A stretch of DNA of 64,000 nucleotides, taken from Lama glama (lineage: Eukaryota). Under the pieces are notes generated by a model, which worked only from the letters and a program-made list of their open reading frames with translations, did not search any database and was not told the DNA's origin. Of this stretch, positions 55,191-64,000 are shown piece by piece; the first letter of the stretch is position 1; the number at the start of each line of letters is the position of its first letter. The position numbers and the translations under genes are program-made. The stretch is from positions 44,890,001-44,954,000 of the forward strand of contig CM052816.1 of the NCBI GenBank assembly GCA_028534125.1, read 5' to 3'.

Positions 55191-56190
55191 TCCACAGATA
55201 AAATGCCATCATAAATTTCTGAATATTTCATATATTTCCTTTTAACAAAATGACATTTTATAGTTTAAGTAAGTTTCACCCTCTGTAGGGATAGGTACTG
55301 TACTGTGGTAGATGCTCTAAAAGTCAATGGGAAATATGGCAAATCTTGTACCACCAGCAAAATCATCAAGAGTGTTTCTTGGCTCCAGACCCATTCCATG
55401 TCCTTCCTTCCTTTCGTTTTCTTTAGATCCAATCAGGTTAAAAATTCTTTTCAAAACAGTTCATTACAGTGAAGTAGAGAGAGAAGTTACATCCAATAAC
55501 TACATATAGGTTACAACAGCTATCCTGAAAATTTATGTAATAGCAGAAATGGTCACAAGAGGCCAAGGATAAAGCCCAGTAGTAACCAAAAAAATAGATA
55601 ACTTCAATATAAAGTCCCAGGAAGTCCATAAAGTGAGGAAGGTAGGACCAGAAAGACAGGGTCCAGAATTTGGGAATTCAGAGGTTTAATAAGCATGACT
55701 GTAGAAAACAGGAAACTGGTTCTAAGGAAGAGGATATTCTTTGCCATCTTTTAAAATTGTTGCTGAATGCTGAATATTGAAAAACAAGATCTCACCAACT
55801 GGAACTATATTTCCACTCAAAGGTATCAACAGGGTTCCCAATGTGTTTTGTCCTATTTGAAGAAAAGGAAGATGACTAGGGCTTTGCAAGTTTTAAGTAT
55901 GTGAGAACAGGTGGCCTAAACAAGTCAATACAAATCATGAACAATTATGAGATCACTGCTTCCAATTTTTGAAAAAAATCTTCTTTTAACACATTTCTAT
56001 TTCTGATACATAGAAAGATAAGGCTAGAGGCCACAATGATGGATAGATAACGCTCTAAATCATAGGGAATATAGCATGGCCAGCTTACTGGTAGATCCCC
56101 CACTGGCTCAACAGTGTGTCTTCTCAGTTATTACCCTCTCTAGGAGACCATGTGATTTTGGAGTGAGGCTCAGTTCAAATCTTTAGCATT

Positions 56191-56238
56191 AAACATTGTT
56201 GATCTACATATCAGAAACATTGTTGATCTACATATCGG
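56191..56238. repeat. 24-bp tandem duplication
   Basis: aaacattgttgatctacatatc(a/g)g twice. Confidence 0.9.
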
Positions 56239-56329
56239 AAATAAACTAATTTAATCCTCCAGTTATCTAAAAGCTTTGGGATAGCTGTACAGTAACAACT
56301 AATCGTGAGTTCACAGCAATACCAGTTTA

Positions 56330-57050
56330 AGGTGATTTATTTAGTGAAAAGTCACTGAGGATCTATAATGTTCCAGGTGCTGTGCTAAATGTTAACATAA
56401 TACACATACACTAAAACAAATAAACTGTCAAATGTGATCAGTGTTATTTACACATGCATGAGAAATGTGATCACGGCTACAGAAAGTATAAGGATAAGTA
56501 GATATTTGTCCATTTGAAGAGGTAAGAAAAGGCAATTGCTGGCAGAAAAAACAACATTTGTAAAGACACAAAAAGCATAATATACTTGGTAAAAAGAAAA
56601 AACAGTTCAGTGTTATTGGAACACAAGCATGAGGTGATAGGTGAGTTATAGATACTGATAAAGGTCAGACTGCAAGGAGCAATGTATACACCAAACTAAT
56701 TTTGTTTAAATTTTACACTTCAGTGAGTCATGAGGTCTTGTCTTAAAAGAAGTGAGACAAGATGATCTCCTTCACTTACATTTAATTTTTCAGTAATATA
56801 ATTGCTCCACCAGCATTGAAGGAGGACCAAGGTGAATGGGAAATAGGTAGGAGCCAATTGGCCACACAAGAAATAATGAGATAGCAGTGGAATGGAGAGA
56901 AACTGAATTAAAGAAATAGAATTGGTGGAATTTGGTGACCAATTTCAAGTAACTGAGGAAACAGTACAAACAATTGAAAGTACGTCCACAACTACTAAAT
57001 TTGAAAACTATGAAAAAAGTGAAAGCATTCACTAAAAGTCAAGAAGATGG
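56330..57050 (-). mobile_element. LINE-2 fragment
   Basis: 'tgttccaggtgctgtgctaaatg...gaattggtggaatttggtgaccaatt'. Confidence 0.55.
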
Positions 57051-57751
57051 AGTGTTGTGTGCAAGACTGGTAACAGATCACCAAATCCATGCTCCCCTTC
57101 TGCCCAGGCATCCCAGTGGACTACACTTCCCAAACTCTTTTGTCCTTGGCTGGATACTAAAACAAGGGCAGTTGACTATTGGAGCTCAGGAGAAATGTCT
57201 GGAAACACGATGGAAGACCATCAATACATGATTCAAGTCATAAGACTGAGTGGGGAACTCCCTTCAGATCACTACCAGACCTAATTCATTGCAAGGTACC
57301 AAACAGTTATTTGATTATATTATTCTTATAAGATTATAAGATTAAGAAACATTGAAAATATAATGATACCTGATATTGAAAAACAACAGCAAGGAATATC
57401 TAACACTATCATTTCTCTAGCATCTGTGGTAAGATGCAAGAAATGTAAAGGGCAAAACAGGAAGTAGCTAATGTTGCTTTTTTCTACCCTACAATCACAT
57501 AGCACATATGTAATAACTGATTTTCTCCACTATTGAGTACCTACTAAATAAAAAGTTCAGATATTTTGATCATATTTATTTTTTTATATCCTACCACTTT
57601 GCAAAAAGAATCTGAGGCATCCCAAATGCTGTATTCTGCAACATATAAAAATTTTACCCAACTGTTGAACTATAGCTGCACCTATATACAAATATATATT
57701 ATTTAATATAAAGTGCAGACTTTACTATACTTTTCTATTTAAAGTGTTTAG

Positions 57752-57866
57752 GAGGAGGGTATAGCTCAGTGGTAGAGTGCATGCTTAGCATGCATGAGGT
57801 CCTGGGTTCAATCCCCAGTACCTCCATTAAAAATAAATAAAACTAATTACCTCCTCCCCCCCAAAA
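57752..57866 (+). mobile_element. tRNA-Ala-derived SINE (camelid Vic-1 type)
   Basis: 'gggtatagctcagtggtagagtgcatgcttagcatgcatgaggtcctgggttcaatcccc' with A and B boxes, an A-rich tail and TSD aaagtgtttag (57741-57751 / 57867-57877). Confidence 0.9.
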
Positions 57867-59078
57867 AAAGTGTTTAGAATATGCATTAATCTACTTCCTT
57901 ATTCATCTAAGACTTGTGACTAGAATGAAACAAAAATGGAAAAACATACTGAAATGCAATTTCTAGAAAAAAATGTTCTAATAACATTTAGAAATGTTTC
58001 CATTAATTCCTAGCAGGCTGTTTAAGTCAAACTATACCGATTAAATAGTTTATGTCCAAACAGCTTTATTCTGTAGTATGACTGATCTAAGAACTAAAAA
58101 GCCAGACCTGAAAAACTACTACTCACAGCAAAACAATATTAACACTATACCAGAAACTGCTCCATGAACATTTTAAGAATACAGGTGGGGGAGGTGAGGA
58201 ATAACTGATACTTTGGCCATCCCTTGTTTCATTCTTTATTCAACTACTTCCCATTTAAGTACTGACCAAGTTTGCCTTCACTTAGTTTCAGAGAGCCTGC
58301 AGGCAAAAAATTATAAGGTGTCTGAATTATTTATTTTAAAACTTTAAAGGCATCTGAGGCATCTGCTATATTTTATAGACTTTGAATGGATCAGTGTCAA
58401 CTACTAGAAATGTAGGCTCAATGATCCTATAAGCCCAAATGGCCACTCTGTACTCAAATGAAAAATGTCACGTGAGTTCTTTGGCCTTGGAGAATCTAAC
58501 CCAGAACTGGCTTATTTATGGGAATTACATGCTTTAGTCACTAATATATCTTACAACCATAATCTATGAAGAATCAGATTTTCTTTATATTAAGTTATGG
58601 GAGTCAATGATGACTGTGAGGTGAGCTGCTCAGAAAGTAGTCTGTAAATCCAATTCAATGAGGTAAGCCTTTTAAGAACATTTTTCTCTTAGCAACAGAA
58701 GGAACGGTACTTCAGTTTAGATTTTATTTCCTTATGGAACATATTCTAGTGGTAAAAATGACTGAGTATTTTGTGACTCTGAAATGCAATAATTAAAACA
58801 TAATCTGTTCCTTAAGAACTAGAAATTTTTCTAAATTTGAGATGCTCAACTGGGATATCCCAAACTAAATTAGAATTACATAAAGAGTAAATACAAAACT
58901 TATGCATGCACCTACAATATCTGTACAACATAAGAACATAACCTGAATATAATATCCAGCTACAGATACAATTTATGTCTTAAAATTTAAGATGCATCTA
59001 AATCACAAAAAAGATAAATCTTAATTTCTTGGAATGTACAATTGGATTCTTGACATCTTTTAAAATCCTATGGGTTTC

Positions 59079-60946
59079 CCTAAAAAGTCCACACAAAAAC
59101 TACTAGAAATATTGAAGAATTCAGCAAGGTAGCAGGTTACAAGATTAACGTTCAAAACTCAGTTGCGTTTCTTTACACTCATGATGAATCAACAGAAAAA
59201 GAAAGTAAAGAAACAATTCCCTTTAAAATATCACCCAAAGTAATAAAATACCTAGGCATAAATCTAACCAAGGAGGTGAAAGACTTATACATGGAAAACT
59301 ATAAAACACTGATGAAGGAAATTAAAGAAGACTTGAAAAAATGGAAAGATACCCCATGCTCTTGGATTGGAGGAATCAATATTGTTAAAATGGTCACACT
59401 GCCCAAGGCAATCTACAGATTTAATGCAATCCCTATCAAATTACCCAGGACATATTTCACAGAACTAGAACAAATCATAATAAAATTTATATGGAACCAT
59501 CAAAGACCTAGAATTGCCAAAGCATTATTGAAGAGAAACAAAGAGGCTGGAGGAATAACTCTCCCAGACTTCAGACAATACTGTAGAGCTACAGTAATAA
59601 AAACAGCATGGTGTTGGTACAAAAACAGACATATAGACCAATGGAACAGAATAGAGAGCCCAGAAATGAACCCACAAACTTTTGGTCAACTCATCTTTGA
59701 CAAAGGAGGAAAGAATATACAATGGAATAAAGACAGTCTCTTCAGCAAATGGTGTTGGGAAAACTGGACAGCAGCATGTAAAACAATGAAGCTAGAACAG
59801 CCCCTTACACCATATACAAAAATAAAGTCAAAATGGATCAAAGACTTAAACATAAGACAAGATACAATAAACCTCATAGAAGAAAACATAGGCAAAACAT
59901 TATCTGACATACATCTCAAAAATGTTCTCCTAGGGTAGTCTACCCAAGCAATAGAAATAAAAGCAAGAATAAACAAATGGGACCTAATGAAACTTACAAG
60001 CTTCTGCACAGCAAAGGAAACCATAAGTAAAACAAAATGACAACCTACGGAATGGGAGAAAATGTTTGCAAACAATGAAACCAACAANNNNNNNNNNNNN
60101 NNNNNNNNNNNNNNNNNNNNNNNNNNNNNNNNNNNNNNNNNNNNNNNNNNNNNNNNNNNNNNNNNNNNNNNNNNNNNNNNNNNNNNNNNNNNNNNNNNNN
60201 NNNNNNNNNNNNNNNNNNNNNNNNNNNNNNNNNNNNNNNNNNNNNNNNNNNNNNNNNNNNNNNNNNNNNNNNNNNNNNNNNNNNNNNNNNNNNNNNNNNN
60301 NNNNNNNNNNNNNNNNNNNNNNNNNNNNNNNNNNNNNNNNNNNNNNNNNNNNNNNNNNNNNNNNNNNNNNNNNNNNNNNNNNNNNNNNNNNNNNNNNNNN
60401 NNNNNNNNNNNNNNNNNNNNNNNNNNNNNNNNNNNNNNNNNNNNNNNNNNNNNNNNNNNNNNNNNNNNNNNNNNNNNNNNNNNNNNNNNNNNNNNNNNNN
60501 NNNNNNNNNNNNNNNNNNNNNNNNNNNNNNNNNNNNNNNNNNNNNNNNNNNNNNNNNNNNNNNNNNNNNNNNNNNNNNNNNNNNNNNATACCATACGAGA
60601 TCGCTCATATGCGGAATCTTAAAAAAAAAATAAAAGAACATAAATACAAAACAGAAACAGACTCATAGACATAGAATACAAACTTGTGGTTGCCAAGGGG
60701 GCAGTGGGTGGGAAGGGACAGACCAGAATTTCAAAATGTAGGACAGATAAACAAGATTATACTGTATAGCACAAGGAAATATATACTTCTTATGGTAGCT
60801 CACAGAGAAAAAAGTGTGACAATGAATATATATATATGTTCATGTATAACTGAAAAATTGTGCTCTACACTGGAATTTAATACAACATTGTAAAATGACT
60901 ATAACTCAATAAAAAAATTAAAATAAATAAATAAATAATATTAAAA
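59079..60946 (+). mobile_element. 5'-truncated young L1 (ORF2 C-terminal part, gap, 3'UTR, poly(A))
   Basis: ORF 59276-59938 is L1 ORF2. 17-bp TSD aaaatcctatgggtttc (59062-59078 / 60947-60963) at a canonical tttt/aaaa site. Confidence 0.95.
60088..60587. other. Assembly gap (500 N)
   Basis: N run. Confidence 1.
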
Positions 60947-61744
60947 AAAATCCTATGGGTTTCTGATTTAAAATGGCAGACTATACACACTCACTTCCCC
61001 TCTTCCCTAAAATCACATTAAAATAACAGAACTCTGAACAGAGGAGACTAGATGGTGAACAGTACAGACTGCAGTACTATGATATATATAATAGTAGCGA
61101 CTGAGAATGGGGCAATCAGCAGACCAGAGAATTTTCTCAACTTAGAGGCAGCAAGTGGCAATATGACAGTTCAGGCTGATAAGCTGCAGAAGACCACAGC
61201 AGAGGTGGAAACTACTTTATGGCAGATTCGCAGAGGGAGACAAGTTTGGAAGGAACAAGAACAGGGAAAAACAGGATGTTGTGGGCTGTAATCAAGGCTG
61301 TAAATGAAGGGACTTTGCCGAGATCAGTCAGTGAGTTCTTCCCTCAAGACTTTCTCTTCCTTCTCGCAGAGGACTAAGCAGCAGCACGTGCCTCAAGAGA
61401 AAACCACTGAAATGCTTTCTGAAGAAAGCAAAGAATCTTCAGGACAGGCTAAGACTCCTGAGAATGGCATAGCAAGGAGATAGAAGTAAATCCAAACTCT
61501 ACACCACTACATATGGAGAGAATGAGCACATCTGAAGAGAAACCTGACTATTGACGTAATTTCAGTTAAGACATTTTGCCTTTCTCAGAAATAAGTTCTA
61601 TATCTGATCAATTTTCCTATAATTATGGTCTACTGAGTTGGCTATTAGTATTACCAAAAATACCTGTGTTTCTTACAAGTATTTTATTATAAGTTGTAGG
61701 GGCTATAAAAATTAGAAGTTTTGTCTTCCAGATGTAAAGAATAA

Positions 61745-62438
61745 ATACTGCTTATTTCGTAATTTCTAAGACCCTCTCTTTTTTCCCACATTAACACCTT
61801 TGAAATTCAAGTGCTTCTTGAGATAAAGGGCATCAAACAGTGTGTCAGTCAGGAGCAGGTGTAACACAGTGTTGCCACTGCTTTCTCATGCACTTACTTG
61901 GTTGTTATCCTAAGGGGCATGGCTGGACAAACAAGCCCTCGACATTTCAGAGAACAAAGTACTTAAGCAAGGAAAGTGAGACCTTGTTGTTGACGGAAAA
62001 TTTCCATTGATACCTGCTGTCAAGAGCACGAAAACATCAGCATCAGAACATACTGAAGGGATGTCAATGGTTTGGAAGAAAATCCCAGAGATAGTTGGTA
62101 GAGTGAACTTCTAAAAAATGCTCCATCATCAATACTCTCAATAGTAAAAAGGGTGAAACTGTGTAGACAAACTCAGACACTAATGACTTTCAGTCAAGAA
62201 GTGGTTTAGAAGACTCAGAACTTTAAAAAGTTTTAGTTATACCTTAACTTATTGTGCTTTAATTTCCCTTTTATGTATTGACAAAGATTAAAATTACATC
62301 TAACTGAGTCTAAATATTCTAAATGATAAGAAATATTTTTGCTATGGTATAATTGGCAGTGATTTTCTTTTTCTTGGTGATATAAAAAAAATGATACATC
62401 TTATACTCAAAGGCACCCTACATTTGGTAAGATACAGA
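61745..62438. mobile_element. Tc2/Kanga-like DNA transposon relic
   Basis: Degenerate termini 'tactgcttatttcgtaatttctaagac' and 'catttggtaagatacag'. Confidence 0.45.
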
Positions 62439-62999
62439 TGCTACCATTTCAAGGAAAATTGGCTGTTTTAGCACAGGGAATACAGCCAAAATTTTATAAT
62501 AACTATAATTGGAGTATAACTTTTAAAAATTGTGAATCACTATGTTATACACCTGAAGATTATATAATAATGTAAATTAACTATACCTCAAGAAGAGAAA
62601 TGGAAAGAAAGGAAAATTAAGCTATTTTATTATTTTTAGAACACAATGTTGGGCTCCTTTTAATTGATGAATGTGTATTTGAGATTTGTAGTTAATAAAT
62701 TGGGTTCCTTGTCTACCCAGTTATTCTAATATTTTCTAAAGTCTTCATCACATTTCTGCTACTATCACATTTTCCCCCCAGAATTGTATGGTTCACTCAT
62801 GAGTTTTGATTCTCTCTCTTTCTTGATTACAGATAGAAATAACTAAATATGATGTTTTACAAACAGACATATACTTAACAGAACACAATATCCGTAATTT
62901 CCTACTTATTTAAATCAATAAAAATTAAGCATATCTTAATATATTCACCCTTCTTCGGTAGTACTTCTGATTTCATGTTAATTTACCTAATCTTTTACT

Positions 63000-63560
63000 C
63001 CTAAATATAAATGGACAACCTAATAATCTTTTATTTCAGGAAAACCAATAGCAAAAAAGTGAAGGATCAAGTTGAATAAATGGGAAAACTGATCCATGAT
63101 AGAATAGAGATAACTCCAGAAAATTGTAACTGGTTTTTCAGAGGATTTGAGGTGGCTATTGTATCCACAGAGCAAGAATAAGCTGGTATGGGCAAAAGCA
63201 GCAATCATAGAACAAGAATCCTTGCAAAAATAAAAACCTGATCCAGGCACATATTTAGAAATTTCAGAATTTAAGTAAAAACAAAAGTTTACAGATTCCA
63301 GAGAAAAAGGGGGGAAAAAAAGATTACCTAAAGCAAGACTAATACTGGAGCTTCACTGTGTTAGTTCTTAGTTCTCAATGCTAAAAAGGAAAAAAAAATG
63401 CTTTAAGATTCTGAGAAAAAAATATTGATTTGAACCTAAAATCCTTTACAAAACTAATCAAAGAGCTAAGAGAATAGACTGAAGATAGACTCTTTTTCAG
63501 ATAAGCAAGGAGTCAACAAAATGAACTTCACTTGCAGTCTCTTTAAAGAAACTAAATTTC
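63000..63560 (+). mobile_element. Very old L1/HAL1 ORF1-like relic
   Basis: A-rich, 'aaatgctttaagattctgagaaaaaaatattgatttgaacctaaaatc'. Confidence 0.45.
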
Positions 63561-64000
63561 TAAAAAATTGGCAAACACTACAAGATACTGATCTACTACC
63601 TATTCTCTCCTCTATTACAGGAAACTTACTTTATTGAGGATACTAATACTGTAGCTAAAATTTGACAGACTCATGTATAGCTTTGAGGGCCATTGGGATG
63701 TAAATGGAAGTCACTTGGTGAGGCTTGTGAGAAGGTTCCTTAAATGTTGTACACCTGAAACTTTTAATTTTGTACATCAACTATACCTTGATTTTTTTAA
63801 AATAATATTTAGGGCTCTATATCCTCTTTTAAACTTGTATTCTGCAATTTTAATTTTTTTAATCTAGTGTTTATAAAGTAAAATTGCATTCTAGTTTTAC
63901 ATTGTATTCCCTTGATCTTAGTCAAACTGTAAATATTTTATATTTTCATGGTTTATTTCTATGAAATATCTATTCATGTGTTTTGTCCAGTTTTCTATTA

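Noticed and set aside
57752..57826. tRNA-Ala gene
   Set aside because: The A-rich tail and flanking TSD indicate a SINE, not a functional tRNA.

Overview
AT-rich mammalian genomic DNA, most likely a camelid (a tRNA-Ala-derived Vic-1-type SINE with a target-site duplication (TSD) sits at ~57.75 kb). No protein-coding exon could be confidently identified. The recognisable ORFs are LINE-1 ORF2 fragments and the rest look like noise. The window is dominated by nested retroelements: young and old L1, MaLR/ERVL LTRs, L2, MIR, CR1 and DNA-transposon relics. It has two 500-N scaffold gaps, both inside L1 copies. L1s are strongly biased to the + strand, which suggests an intron of a minus-strand gene. 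The most unusual structure is a composite insertion at 13.9-15.85 kb. It copies a 5'-truncated L1 located 45 kb away (59.1-60.9 kb) together with 231 bp of that L1's unique 5' genomic flank, ends in a different L1 subfamily tail, and splits an MLT1 LTR. A second, 113-bp locally templated duplication (53.3 kb to 54.8 kb), a clean twin-primed L1 inversion, several ultra-short L1 tail insertions and candidate conserved non-coding elements are also present. Repeat family names come from recalled consensus motifs, not from a search, and boundaries of old elements are approximate.
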